A DNA stretch of 64,000 nucleotides from Candidatus Eiseniibacteriota bacterium (GCA_043809585.1 JBDROZ010000013.1:3928-67927), one strand, 5' to 3'; positions 44,519 to 54,402 are shown, numbered from the stretch's first letter. Translations and numbers: made by a program. The notes: generated by a model not told the origin, from the sequence alone.

Positions 44519-46000
44519 ATGGCCGATCGCCGGGTCGAAGCGCGGAAACGAGAGGCGCGCATCCGGATGCTGATCCTGATCGGGGCGGACGTCGCCGCGA
44601 TCTTCATCAGCTTCCTCGCCGCCTATTGGCTCCGCCTTCAGTCCGGTCTCTTCATCACCTACCTGCCGATCCGGACCTTCCACATCTACGCCCTCCTCGC
44701 CGCCTGCGCCTTCTGGATCCTGATCTTCGGCATCCACGGGCTCTACCGGCGGCCGATCTACCTGTCCGTGTTCGATCAGATGGTGGGGATCTTCAACAGC
44801 GTCAACATCGGCGTCCTGGTGATCCTCGCCACCGCCTTCGCGACCAAGACGAATTACTTCCTGGAGCGGCGCCTCGTTCTCGTGCTCGCCTGGGCCCTCT
44901 CGATCCTCCTGCTCACGGTCTTCCGGGTCGTCCTCGTGCGGACCTGGATGCTCCGGAACCAGGCACGGGACCCGTTCCGCTGCCGGATCCTGGTCGTGGG
45001 GGCGGGGAAAACCGGGGCCCAATTCATCCGTCTCGCCCGGCTCACGATGAACCACGTCTACGATCTCGTCGGCTTCATCGACGACGATCAAGCGAAACAG
45101 GGAACCTCGGTGGAGGACGTGCCGGTCCTCGGGACGACCCACGAGATCGAGCGGATCGCCCTCGAGAACGGTGTCGAGCGGGTCTTCGTCGCCGTGACCA
45201 AGCTCCACGAGGAGCAGATGATCGACCTGATCTCCCGGTGCATGCGAGGCAGGGTGCCGGTCAAGATGATCTCCGATCAGTTCCACCTGTTCGCTTCGGA
45301 CACCCAGATCGAGCGGGTCGACGGCGTACCGACCCTCGGAGTGCGCGAGAGCACGATGCGGGGCGTCAGCTACTTCGTCAAGCGCGTCCTCGACTTCGTG
45401 ACGGCCGTCGTGCTGATCATTCTTCTGCTCCCGATCTTCGCCTTCCTCGCGATCATGATCAAGTCGCTCTCGCCCGGCCCTGTCTTCTTCAAGCAGAGCC
45501 GCGCGGGGCGGGGGGGCGTGCCTTTCCCCTTCTTCAAGTTCCGCACCATGCGGGTGGAGACCGACGATTCGATCCACAGGGAATACGCGGCCAGCTTCAT
45601 CGACGGCAAGGAGACGGAAGGGGGAGTCGGGGACGAGGAGAAGCCGGTCTACAAAATGATAAAAGATCCCCGGGTCACGCCCATTGGTGCTATTCTCCGG
45701 AAGACAAGTCTCGACGAACTCCCCCAGCTCTGGAACGTGCTCAAGGGGGAAATGAGTCTCGTCGGGCCGCGGCCGCCGATCGTCTACGAGCTCCAGCATT
45801 ACAAGGAGTGGCACAAGAGGCGGCTGGAGGCGAAGCCGGGCCTCACCGGCTTATGGCAGGTGAGCGGCAGGAGCGAGGTGCCCTTCAACGAGATGGTGCT
45901 GCTCGATCTCTATTACATCGATCACTGGTCGCTGAAGCTCGACATCGAGATTCTCCTTCGAACCATCCCGGTGATCCTCTTCGGAAAAGGCGCGTACTAG
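44519..46000 (+). CDS. large polyprenyl glycosylphosphotransferase (WbaP/EpsB-type: TM + CoA-binding-like + sugar transferase domain)
   Basis: Four N-terminal TMs, [13 protein letters not shown] Rossmann-like block, [67 protein letters not shown]. Confidence 0.85.
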   Translation: MADRRVEARKREARIRMLILIGADVAAIFISFLAAYWLRLQSGLFITYLPIRTFHIYALLAACAFWILIFGIHGLYRRPIYLSVFDQMVGIFNSVNIGVLVILATAFATKTNYFLERRLVLVLAWALSILLLTVFRVVLVRTWMLRNQARDPFRCRILVVGAGKTGAQFIRLARLTMNHVYDLVGFIDDDQAKQGTSVEDVPVLGTTHEIERIALENGVERVFVAVTKLHEEQMIDLISRCMRGRVPVKMISDQFHLFASDTQIERVDGVPTLGVRESTMRGVSYFVKRVLDFVTAVVLIILLLPIFAFLAIMIKSLSPGPVFFKQSRAGRGGVPFPFFKFRTMRVETDDSIHREYAASFIDGKETEGGVGDEEKPVYKMIKDPRVTPIGAILRKTSLDELPQLWNVLKGEMSLVGPRPPIVYELQHYKEWHKRRLEAKPGLTGLWQVSGRSEVPFNEMVLLDLYYIDHWSLKLDIEILLRTIPVILFGKGAY

Positions 46001-46026
46001 CGAGCAGGGGAGCGGAGAAAAACGTC

Positions 46027-47037
46027 ATGCACAGGATCGCGGTGATCGGATGCGGATACTGGGGACCGAATTTCGTGCGCGTCTTCACGCAGATGCCGAG
46101 CTCGGAAATGCGGTACTGCGTCGACCTGGACGAAAAGCGGCTCGCCCACATGAAGTCCCTCTACCCCCAGGTCACGACCACGACCCGGGTCGAGGACGTG
46201 CTCCAAGATCCCGAAGTGGACGGGGTGGTCGTCGCCACGCCGGTGGCGAGTCATTACGGCCTCGCCAAACGTTTTCTCGAGGCGGGGAAAGCGACCCTCA
46301 TCGAGAAACCCCTCTGCCTCAGCTCGAAGGAGGCGGAAGAGCTCGTGACGCTGGCGGACAAGAAGGGCCTGGCCCTGATGGTGGGGCACACGTTCCTCTT
46401 CACCGCGGCGGTCAACAAGGTGAAGCAGCTCCTCGAAACCGGCGAACTCGGCGACATCCATTACGTGGCGTCGTCCCGCCTGAACCTCGGCATCTTCCAG
46501 GAGGACATCAACGTGGTGTGGGACCTTGCGCCCCACGACGTGTCGATCCTGAACTACGTGCTCGGCTCGGGACCCGAGGAGGTCAGCGCGACCGCCCAGT
46601 CCTTCATCCGTCCCCCCGTGGAGGATGTGGCCTTCCTCATGCTCCGCTATCCGGGCAATGTGATCGCCCACATTCACGTGAGCTGGCTCGATCCGTGCAA
46701 GATCCGGAAGTCCACCTTCGTGGCGAGCAAGAAGATGGTGGTCTACGACGACATCGAGACCCTCGAGAAGATCCGGATCTACGACAAGGGCGTCACCGTG
46801 CAACCCCACTACGAAACCTTCGGCGAGTTCCACCTGGCCTACCGGTTCGGCGACATATTCACGCCGAAACTGGACGACTCGGAGCCCCTGAAGGCGGAGG
46901 CGAGCCACTTCGTACGGGCCATCGAGACCGGCCGCCCCGAGCGGGCCACCGGCGAGGAGGGTCTCGAGGTGGTGCGCATCCTGGAGGCGGCGAACGAGTC
47001 GGCCCGTCAGAGCGGCAAGGTCGTCCGGCTCCGCTGA
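46027..47037 (+). CDS. Gfo/Idh/MocA-family sugar-nucleotide dehydrogenase (WbpB-like)
   Basis: IAVIGCGYWGPNFV, LIEKPL, MVGHTFLF. Close to a DegT aminotransferase (separated only by the WbaP-type priming transferase gene). Confidence 0.8.
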   Translation: MHRIAVIGCGYWGPNFVRVFTQMPSSEMRYCVDLDEKRLAHMKSLYPQVTTTTRVEDVLQDPEVDGVVVATPVASHYGLAKRFLEAGKATLIEKPLCLSSKEAEELVTLADKKGLALMVGHTFLFTAAVNKVKQLLETGELGDIHYVASSRLNLGIFQEDINVVWDLAPHDVSILNYVLGSGPEEVSATAQSFIRPPVEDVAFLMLRYPGNVIAHIHVSWLDPCKIRKSTFVASKKMVVYDDIETLEKIRIYDKGVTVQPHYETFGEFHLAYRFGDIFTPKLDDSEPLKAEASHFVRAIETGRPERATGEEGLEVVRILEAANESARQSGKVVRLR

Positions 47038-47042
47038 TCGCC

Positions 47043-48134
47043 ATGGAAAGGCGTCGAATCCTCTACGTCGACACCGGGCGTTCCTTCGGCGGAGCGGAGC
47101 GCATCACCCGGACGCTCGCGGCGGCCTTCTCGGGGGCCGGCCGTGAGGTGGCGTGCGTGGTCCATCCGGGGGCGGCCCGGTTCCGCGCGGAGATCGAACG
47201 GGCCGGCGCTCTCGGCATCCCGGTCCCCGAAGCAGACCGCCTCTCCCGGATCGGCCCCCTGATCGAGGCGATCCGGAGCTTCCGGCCTGATCTCGTCCAC
47301 ATCCACCGGACCTGGCCCCTTTCGGATCGGTACGCGGCCATCGCCGCCCGGCGCGCCGGAACGGGGCGGGTGATCGCCACGGAACACGTCCGGTGGGAAC
47401 GGTGCGGCCGCCGGGACCGCCTCGCGAAACGTTTTCTCGCTCGGTTCGATGTCTCCATCGTCGCCGTGTCGGAAGCGGTGCGGGAGAGCCTCCTCGGCTA
47501 CTGGAAACTGCCCCCGTCCCTCGTCACGGTCGTCGAAAACGGCATCGACGCGACCCTCTTCGGCGGGGGGGAGGAGGCTCCGGCCGGGACCTTCCCGCCG
47601 TCGTGGACGGCGAAGATCGGCGCAGTGGGGCGGCTCGAGGAGCAGAAGGGGTACGACGTCCTGATCGACGCCATGGCCCGGCTGCGGGAGCGCGTGCCCG
47701 GCGCGGGGCTCCTCATCGTCGGCGAAGGATCCCTCCGGGACTCCCTCGAAACCCGTGTCCGGGAGCGGGGCCTCGAAGGGGCGGTCCGGTTCGCGGGTTC
47801 CCTCGAGAACGTGGCCCCCTTTCTCCGGTCCCTGGACGTCTACGTCCTCGCCTCCCGGTGGGAGGGGCTCCCCCTCACGATTCTCGAGGCGATGGCGGCC
47901 GGGGTGCCCGTGGTCGCCACCGCCGTGGAAGGAACCGTCGAGGCGGTGCGGCATGGACGGGAAGGGCTGGTCGTTCCCGTCGGCGACGCAGAGGCCCTCG
48001 CGGAGGCGTTGGCGGAGGCCCTCGGCGACCGGGAGGGGGCGAAGGTCCGGGCCTTGGCGGCGCGGCGGCGGGTGGAGGAGCGCTACTCGATCGGCCGGAT
48101 GGTGGAGGAGTACGCGCGGGTGTACGGCCTATGA
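47043..48134 (+). CDS. glycosyltransferase family 4 (GT-B)
   Basis: GGAERITRTLAAAF, RLEEQKGYDVLIDA, SRWEGLPLTILEAMAAGVPVVAT (EX7E). Confidence 0.85.
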   Translation: MERRRILYVDTGRSFGGAERITRTLAAAFSGAGREVACVVHPGAARFRAEIERAGALGIPVPEADRLSRIGPLIEAIRSFRPDLVHIHRTWPLSDRYAAIAARRAGTGRVIATEHVRWERCGRRDRLAKRFLARFDVSIVAVSEAVRESLLGYWKLPPSLVTVVENGIDATLFGGGEEAPAGTFPPSWTAKIGAVGRLEEQKGYDVLIDAMARLRERVPGAGLLIVGEGSLRDSLETRVRERGLEGAVRFAGSLENVAPFLRSLDVYVLASRWEGLPLTILEAMAAGVPVVATAVEGTVEAVRHGREGLVVPVGDAEALAEALAEALGDREGAKVRALAARRRVEERYSIGRMVEEYARVYGL

Positions 48135-49315
48135 GACGAATCCTCGGATTCTCCTCGGTCCCTCTCGACGAGTCGGTCGGCGCGGGCGCGGCGCGGATCG
48201 CGAACCTGTACCGATGGCTCCCGGCGGACCGGTACGACCGGACCCTCGTCACGCTCGCGGGGCTCCGGGGAAGCGGAGGGGAGTCGCCCCTCCCGGGAGG
48301 AGGCCGGGTGATCCGCCTCCCTTCGCCGGTCCAGACGCTCTACTTCTATCTCGAAAAGGCCCGGCTTCTCCCCTTCTTCCGGGTCGCCGCCGCGCACCGG
48401 CGGTTCCCCCTCGGCGCGGCGAAATGGCTCCGGGAGGAGGCGGACTTGGTCCAGTTCGATTCACTCTGGCTGACACCCTGGGCGGACCGCCTGCCGCCCG
48501 GCGTCCCCGTGGTGTACGGCAGCCACAACTTCGAGACCGAGTGGTACGAGGGGGAACTCCGCCGGTATCTCTTCCGGCGCCGCCACGCCCGGTTCCTGAC
48601 CGGCCTGGAACGACGGGCGGTGCTCCGGGCCGACCGGGTGCTCGCCGTGACGGAGGAGGACAAGACGAAATTCGCCGAGCGGTTCGGCGCGGACCCGGCG
48701 AAGATTCGGGTCGTGCCGAACGGGTTCGACGAGGACCGATTCCGGCCGGCCGGCCCCGACGAGAGGGGGGAGGCCCGGCGCGCCCTCGGCCTGCCGGGGG
48801 ACCGGCGGATCGCCCTCTTCGCCGGCTCCGACGTCGCCCCCAACCGGGAGGGGGTCGACTCGATCCTCCGCTCCATCGCCCCCCGGACGCCGCCGGACGT
48901 CCTCTTCGTGGTGGCGGGGAGCGTGGGCCGGTCCTACGGCGGGAAGGTCGTGAAGGACCGGGTGATCTTCACGGGGCCCGTGAAGGACATCGCCTCCTGG
49001 TTCCGGGCGGCCGACGTGGGCCTCAACCCGATCCGTCTCGGGTCGGGATCGAACATCAAGGTCCTCCAGTACCTCGGGGCGGGGCTCGCCGTGATCTCGA
49101 CCGAATTCGGCATGCGCGGGTTCGACGACCTCCGGGCTCACGTGAAGATCGCCCGGATCGACCGGTTTCACTATCATATCGACAAGATCGAGCCCGATCC
49201 CGCCGCCGCCGAGAAGGCGCGCGGCTCGTACGGCTGGCGCCGGGCGTCGGCTACGCTTTCCGCCGTGTACGCCGATCTGCTGGGAGAGGCGAACCCCGGC
49301 GGCGAATCCCCCTAG
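48131..49315 (+). CDS. glycosyltransferase family 4 (GT-B)
   Basis: HNFETEWY, VPNGFDEDRF, GSGSNIKVLQYLGAGLAVIST. ATGA overlap with the upstream GT4. Confidence 0.75.
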   Translation: MRRILGFSSVPLDESVGAGAARIANLYRWLPADRYDRTLVTLAGLRGSGGESPLPGGGRVIRLPSPVQTLYFYLEKARLLPFFRVAAAHRRFPLGAAKWLREEADLVQFDSLWLTPWADRLPPGVPVVYGSHNFETEWYEGELRRYLFRRRHARFLTGLERRAVLRADRVLAVTEEDKTKFAERFGADPAKIRVVPNGFDEDRFRPAGPDERGEARRALGLPGDRRIALFAGSDVAPNREGVDSILRSIAPRTPPDVLFVVAGSVGRSYGGKVVKDRVIFTGPVKDIASWFRAADVGLNPIRLGSGSNIKVLQYLGAGLAVISTEFGMRGFDDLRAHVKIARIDRFHYHIDKIEPDPAAAEKARGSYGWRRASATLSAVYADLLGEANPGGESP

Positions 49316-49322
49316 ATAGAGG

Positions 49323-51329
49323 ATGGTATCCATGGCTTCTCGAATCGGCCGCGCCTGGCTCCTCGCCCTCTTCGCCCTCCTCTGGGTTTCCCTCTTCGCC
49401 GGGCTCGCCGCTCTCGGCCTGAATGAACGGTTCGTCGACTCCGCCGCGGCGGGGTGGAGGGTCTTCCTTCTCGCCCCCATCGCCGGGACGATTCCCATGG
49501 CGATCGTGGCGTTCCTCTTCCTCCTCTTGCCCGGACCGGACGAGAAGATCCGGGCGGGACGCTTTCTCGGCTTCACGGCCCTCGTCGCCGTCCTGCCGGT
49601 GACGGTGCTCCCCCTCTACGGAAAGATCGCGGCGCTCCTCGCGGGCTCCCCGGTCCTCACGGTTCTGCTGGTCGCCCTCGCCGCATTCCTCCTCGCCCTC
49701 GGGGCGTTCCGGGTCGGCCGCTTCCTGGCCGTCCGTCTCTGCCCCGGCGGCAGACCACGGACCCTCGCCTGGGCCCTCCCCCTCGCCCTTCTCGCGGCGC
49801 TCCCGCCCGCCGGGGCGTGGCTTTCCGCCCGCCCCATCGCCTTCGATGACCGCCCCCGCACGCTCATCCTCTGCGTGGACGGAGCGACGTGGAAGCTGGC
49901 GGACGAGATGGAGGACCGGCTCCCGACCTTTCGGGCCCTGCAAGAGCGGGGCACGCGGTTCGACCTGCAGTCCGAGTCCCCCCTCATGTCGCCGATCCTC
50001 TGGACGAGCATCGCTTCGGGCGTTTCCCCCTCGGAGCACGGCGTGACCAGCTTCTACGTCTCCTCGGCGAACGTGGCGGCCCCCCGGCTCTGGGACATGG
50101 CGGAAGAACGGGGTCTCGACGTGGGGATCCTGGGGTGGCCGATCACCTGGCCCCCCCGCCCGATCAACGGCTTCATGATTCCCTCCCTCTTCGCCCGGGG
50201 CCCCGAGACTTACCCGGAAGAGCTGCAGTTCATCCGGGAGGTGGCGATGATGGAGAAGGGAAAACGGAAGCGGGAATTGGACCGCTACTCCCTCTATGGA
50301 ATTCGCATGGTCCAGTACGGCGTGAAACTCTCGACCCTGATCGAGGCGGGGCGGGTGGTGACGATGAAGGGGGACTTCCTCGAGAAGATGAGCGCCCAGC
50401 GTTTCCTGAAGCTTCGCATCCACAGCGACCTCTTCGTGGAGCTTTGGGACCGGTACCGGCCGGCGCTGGCCACGTTCTACAACAACGGCATCGACGTCAC
50501 GTGCCACTACTTCTGGAAGTACTTCGAGCCCGGGGGGTATCCGCAGGTCACCGCCGAGGAGGCGGAGCGATACGGGCGCATGATTCCGGACATCTACGCG
50601 GCGATGGACCGGGCCCTCGGCAAGATCCTCCACTACGCGCCGGAGCATCTGAACATTCTCGTGGTCTCCGACCACGGCCTGCAGGGGATGGCGATGGAGG
50701 ACTCGGGGACGATCCGCCTGATCCGGACGGAGAACTTCCTCCGCCGACTCGGCCTCGAAAACGCGGTGGACGGCGTGAACCTCGCCTCCCGGGTCCATCT
50801 GAAGGCGAAGCGGGGGAGGGGATTCCCGCCCGGCCTCGCCAACTTCATCGAGGACGTGACCGTGGAGGGGACCGGTGAATCCGCCTTCGTGACCGGCGTC
50901 GACGAGACGGGCGGGATCATCGTGAACGTCGCCCCCGGAGTCGTCCTCGGCGGGAAGAGCCTCCTCGTGCCCGGCCGGGAACCGTGCCCCGCCGGGGAAA
51001 TCGTGGAGGAGACGGACGCCCGCATCTCGGGGGAGCACAACATCTACGCCATTCTCCTGGCGGTCGGAGACCAGACGCCCGCGGGGGCCCGGGGGGGCCT
51101 CGCCTCGATCTACGACGTGGCGCCCACGGCCCTCTATATGATGGAGCTGCCGGTGGGGGAGAACATGAGAGGCCGGGTCCTCGAAAGGGCGTTCCGGGAC
51201 GGGTATCTCCGGGACCACCCGCCGTCCTACACGACCTACCGGGCACCCGCCGCAGCGGCGGCGGAAGAGGACGCGGAAGCGGACGAAGTCCTAAGGGAGC
51301 AGCTCCGCGCCCTCGGCTATCTGAACTGA
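49323..51329 (+). CDS. membrane-anchored alkaline-phosphatase-superfamily protein (NPP/phosphodiesterase type)
   Basis: About 5-6 N-terminal TM helices, then LILCVDGATWK, SPILWTSIASGVSPSEHGV, VVSDHGLQGM, ISGEHN. Confidence 0.7.
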   Translation: MVSMASRIGRAWLLALFALLWVSLFAGLAALGLNERFVDSAAAGWRVFLLAPIAGTIPMAIVAFLFLLLPGPDEKIRAGRFLGFTALVAVLPVTVLPLYGKIAALLAGSPVLTVLLVALAAFLLALGAFRVGRFLAVRLCPGGRPRTLAWALPLALLAALPPAGAWLSARPIAFDDRPRTLILCVDGATWKLADEMEDRLPTFRALQERGTRFDLQSESPLMSPILWTSIASGVSPSEHGVTSFYVSSANVAAPRLWDMAEERGLDVGILGWPITWPPRPINGFMIPSLFARGPETYPEELQFIREVAMMEKGKRKRELDRYSLYGIRMVQYGVKLSTLIEAGRVVTMKGDFLEKMSAQRFLKLRIHSDLFVELWDRYRPALATFYNNGIDVTCHYFWKYFEPGGYPQVTAEEAERYGRMIPDIYAAMDRALGKILHYAPEHLNILVVSDHGLQGMAMEDSGTIRLIRTENFLRRLGLENAVDGVNLASRVHLKAKRGRGFPPGLANFIEDVTVEGTGESAFVTGVDETGGIIVNVAPGVVLGGKSLLVPGREPCPAGEIVEETDARISGEHNIYAILLAVGDQTPAGARGGLASIYDVAPTALYMMELPVGENMRGRVLERAFRDGYLRDHPPSYTTYRAPAAAAAEEDAEADEVLREQLRALGYLN

Positions 51330-51388
51330 TGAAACCCTTGCGGCTCCCCGCGGCGTTTCTCTATAGTCCGGCGGGGAGGGGGTGTGTC

Positions 51389-52021
51389 ATGAGAACGAGA
51401 CGGATCGGAATCGTGGTCGCTTCCGCGGCGCTTCTTCTGACGGTTCTCGGCGGATGCACGGGCCTGACGAGACGCGGCGAAAGCGACCGGCACAGGGAAG
51501 CGGAACAGATCGACACCTTCGTCCGGGAGCCCGCGGAAGACTCGGGACTCGTGCTCGTCCCGCCGCCGGCCGAGGAAGGGGCGCCGAAGCCGGCGCTCTC
51601 CCCCGTGCCCGAGGAGACGGCCCCGGTGCTGGCGCCTCCTCCCGCGGCGCCCGAATCGGCGGACCTCGAGATCGCGCCCGCCGCCGAAGAGACCGGTCCC
51701 GGGCCGGAGAGGGCCGCGCCGGACTCCCCGGCGGAGATCCCGCCGCCCACCGCCGAGCCGAAACATGTATCGGGATTCCGGGTTCAGCTCTACGCGTCCC
51801 GGGAACCGGACCGGGCGAAGGAATTCGCCGAGTCGGCGCGGAGTTCCTTTGAAGAGCCGATTTATGTCGAGTTCCTGGAACCGTACTACAAGGTCCGCGT
51901 GGGTGACTGCCTCACCCGGGAAGGGGCGCGGGAGCTTCTGGCCCGGGCGAAGGCCGCGGGCTTCGACCAGGCGTGGGTCGCGTCGACTCTCGTGCTCCAA
52001 AGGACCAAGAGCGTCCGGTGA
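51389..52021 (+). CDS. SPOR-domain lipoprotein
   Basis: Lipobox LTVLGGC, Pro/Ala/Glu-rich linker, C-terminal SPOR pattern GFRVQLYASREPDRAKEFAE...YYKVRVGDCLTREGARELLARAKAAGFDQAWV. Confidence 0.75.
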   Translation: MRTRRIGIVVASAALLLTVLGGCTGLTRRGESDRHREAEQIDTFVREPAEDSGLVLVPPPAEEGAPKPALSPVPEETAPVLAPPPAAPESADLEIAPAAEETGPGPERAAPDSPAEIPPPTAEPKHVSGFRVQLYASREPDRAKEFAESARSSFEEPIYVEFLEPYYKVRVGDCLTREGARELLARAKAAGFDQAWVASTLVLQRTKSVR

Positions 52022-52773
52022 GTGAGGCATTCCCCTTGAAGGACGTTCCCCGACTCTCGGTGGTCATCCCGGCGTTCAACGAAGAGCGGGTGCTCGGCGG
52101 GACGCTGGAGAACGTCCATCGCTGGCTCGAGACCCAAGGCTTCCCTTTCGAGGTCGTCCCCGTGGACGACGGAAGCGCCGACGGGACCCATCGGGTGGCG
52201 TGTGAATTCGCCGACTTCCATCCGGAATGCCGCCCCCTCCGAAACCCGGAAAACCGGGGCAAAGGCTTTTCGGTGCGGCGGGGGATCGAGGAGGCCCGGG
52301 GGGAGTTCGTGATCTTCTCCGACGCCGACCTCTCGACGCCGATCGAGGAAACACCGAAGTTCCTCCGCGCCCTCGAGGGGGGGGCCGACATAGTGATCGG
52401 CTCTCGGGACCTGCCGAACTCGGACGTGCGGGTCCACCAGCCGTGGTACCGGGAGATGATGGGCCGGGTGTTCAACCGGATCGTCCGGCTTCTCGTCATC
52501 CGGGGCTTCGTCGACACCCAGTGCGGATTCAAGGCGTTCCGCCGGAGCGCGATGCTCCCCCTTCTCCCGATGCTCCGCATCGACCGGTACAGCTTCGACG
52601 TGGAGATGCTCTTCGTCGCCCGCCATGTCGGCCTCCGACTCCGGGAGCTCCCCGTGGTGTGGATCAACAACGAGGACACCCGAGTGGACCCTCTCCGGGA
52701 CGCATCTCGAATGTTTGTTGACCTCCTCCGGATCAGGTACTATCATGTTTTCGGCCGGTATAGGCGGCTCTGA
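52018..52773 (+). CDS. GT2 polyprenyl-phosphate glycosyltransferase (dolichyl-phosphate beta-glucosyltransferase-like)
   Basis: LSVVIPAFNEE, VPVDDGSADGT, NRGKGFSVRRG, FSDADLSTP, DTQCGFKAF. GTGA overlap with the SPOR gene. Confidence 0.8.
   Translation: MSEAFPLKDVPRLSVVIPAFNEERVLGGTLENVHRWLETQGFPFEVVPVDDGSADGTHRVACEFADFHPECRPLRNPENRGKGFSVRRGIEEARGEFVIFSDADLSTPIEETPKFLRALEGGADIVIGSRDLPNSDVRVHQPWYREMMGRVFNRIVRLLVIRGFVDTQCGFKAFRRSAMLPLLPMLRIDRYSFDVEMLFVARHVGLRLRELPVVWINNEDTRVDPLRDASRMFVDLLRIRYYHVFGRYRRL
52718..52746 (+). promoter_or_regulatory. sigma70-type promoter for the tRNA cluster, embedded in the 3' end of the GT2 gene
   Basis: TTGACC-17 nt-TATCAT. The -10 ends 92 nt upstream of tRNA-Gly. 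Confidence 0.45.
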
Positions 52774-52838
52774 ATCGGACGTCTCCCCGGCGCCGGAATC
52801 GCATGGGAGGGGGACCCGAAGGACGACAGATCAGCAGG

Positions 52839-52913
52839 GCGGGAATAGCTCAGTGGTAGAGCGCCACCTTGCCAAGGTGGATGTCGCGGGTTCAAATCCC
52901 GTTTCCCGCTCCA
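52839..52913 (+). tRNA. tRNA-Gly (anticodon GCC), CCA encoded
   Basis: Cloverleaf folded by hand: acceptor GCGGGAA/TTCCCGC, D stem GCTC/GAGC, anticodon stem CCACC/GGTGG with loop TTGCCAA, T arm GCGGG-TTCAAAT-CCCGT. Confidence 0.95.
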
Positions 52914-52952
52914 TTTCTTTCCCTCCCCCAGGTCCGAACATCGCCGATACGG

Positions 52953-53024
52953 GGCGGCATAGCCAAGTGGCTAAGGCAGAGGACTGCAAATCCTTGATCC
53001 CCGGTTCGAATCCGGGTGCCGCCT
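52953..53024 (+). tRNA. tRNA-Cys (anticodon GCA), no encoded CCA
   Basis: Acceptor GGCGGCA/TGCCGCC, anticodon loop CTGCAAA, T arm CCCGG-TTCGAAT-CCGGG. Confidence 0.95.
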
Positions 53025-53053
53025 CTCTTCTTTTTACTGGTTCTACCCGGAAC

Positions 53054-53140
53054 GCCGAGGTGGCGGAACTGGTAGACGCCGCGGACTTAAAATCCGCTGA
53101 AGTTGTGAACTTCGTGCCGGTTCGAATCCGGCCCTCGGCA
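53054..53140 (+). tRNA. tRNA-Leu (anticodon TAA), long variable arm, no encoded CCA
   Basis: Acceptor GCCGAGG/CCTCGGC, anticodon stem GCGGA/TCCGC with loop CTTAAAA, variable arm GAAGTT-GTG-AACTTC, T arm GCCGG-TTCGAAT-CCGGC. Confidence 0.95.
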
Positions 53141-53162
53141 CCTCCACTTTAGGACGATCGAT

Positions 53163-54377
53163 TTGGTGTCCTTTCGATTTCTCGATGACGAAGCGCGCGG
53201 AGGCCCGATCGGGGCTCTCTTCCCGCTCCGCCGTCGCCGGAGCCTTCTCTTCGGGGGCCTCACGTTCGAAGAGCGTTGGCGCCTGCTCCTCTCGGGGCGC
53301 GCCCCCGGCGAACGGGGGCTCGTCCTCGTCCTGAACTCCCTCGCACTTCCCGAGGCCTCCCTGATCGAAGCCATCGCCCGGACCCGGGACGAGCGGGTCT
53401 TCACGGCGGGGGAAGAGCCGATCGCCGCCCTGGTCCGGGAGGAGACGCTCTCCGGAGAGGACGCCGGGCTCCGGGAGGCGACCGCGGGTCTTCCCTCCAC
53501 CGAAGCGGACGGGGAGGTCGCTCCGGAGCCGTGGAAGATGATCGAGGGGAACGGCGAACGCATCGCCCGGGACCTCGATCTCTATCACGGGCTCGACGAG
53601 AACGCCCTCGAACTCCGCGGGATGGCCACGCCCCTCGAACCGGTGGACGCACCCGAGGGCAGCGCGGTGAGCGGAGAGGAAGGCCTCTACCTCGGGCCCG
53701 AATGCCGGATCGAGCCGTTCGTCCACTTCGACACCCGCGAAGGCCCGATCGTTCTCGGCGCCCGGGTCGTCGTGGAGTCCCACGCGACGCTCCGCGGCCC
53801 CCTCTGGATACGGAACGACGCCCGCGTGAACGGGGGGGCGAGGATCGGCCGGGGGACGACCGTAGGGGAAGGGAGCCGCGTCGCGGGCGAGGTGGAGGCC
53901 ACCATCTTCGGCGCCTTCTCGAACAAGCAGCACGAAGGATTCCTCGGCCACGCCTCGGTCGGGGAGTGGGTGAACCTCGGTGCCGGGACGGACAATTCGG
54001 ATCTGAAGAATAACTACGGCACCGTCCGCCTCGGTTGGGGGGAAGGGACCGTGGACACCGGGCTCCAAAAGTTCGGCTGCTTTCTCGGGGACCACGTGAA
54101 GAGCGCCATCGGAACGCGGATCGGCACGGGGACCGTGGTGGGGGTCGCGGGCAACCTCTTCGGCCCCGCCGGATTCGTCTCGGGGTACGTTCCCCCCTTC
54201 ACCTGGGGCGAAAGCGGAGATGTCTATGATTTCGACCGCGCCATCGATACAATGAAAGTGGTCCGGGCGCGGCGGAAGGCCGAGCTCGAGAGGGCCGGAA
54301 GGCCGGTGGGGATCCCGGATCGGCAGCTGAACATCCTCAGGGAGTTATGGGAGAGGCGAACCGGTTCCGGGTCTTGA
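53163..54377 (+). CDS. putative sugar nucleotidyltransferase/acetyltransferase with left-handed beta-helix (alternative GlmU-like family)
   Basis: N-terminal FLDDEARG..LFPL...LLFGGLTFEERW, C-terminal hexapeptide repeats and HEGFLGHASVGEWVNLGAGTDNSDLKNNYG. TTG 53163 or GTG 53166 as start. Confidence 0.55.
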   Translation: MVSFRFLDDEARGGPIGALFPLRRRRSLLFGGLTFEERWRLLLSGRAPGERGLVLVLNSLALPEASLIEAIARTRDERVFTAGEEPIAALVREETLSGEDAGLREATAGLPSTEADGEVAPEPWKMIEGNGERIARDLDLYHGLDENALELRGMATPLEPVDAPEGSAVSGEEGLYLGPECRIEPFVHFDTREGPIVLGARVVVESHATLRGPLWIRNDARVNGGARIGRGTTVGEGSRVAGEVEATIFGAFSNKQHEGFLGHASVGEWVNLGAGTDNSDLKNNYGTVRLGWGEGTVDTGLQKFGCFLGDHVKSAIGTRIGTGTVVGVAGNLFGPAGFVSGYVPPFTWGESGDVYDFDRAIDTMKVVRARRKAELERAGRPVGIPDRQLNILRELWERRTGSGS

Positions 54378-54402
54378 CTCGAGTCGGGGAAAGGACTACA
54401 AT
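54374..54402 (+). promoter_or_regulatory. near-consensus sigma70 promoter for the PorV-like gene
   Basis: TTGACT-17 nt-TACAAT. The -35 overlaps the upstream stop codon. Confidence 0.55.
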
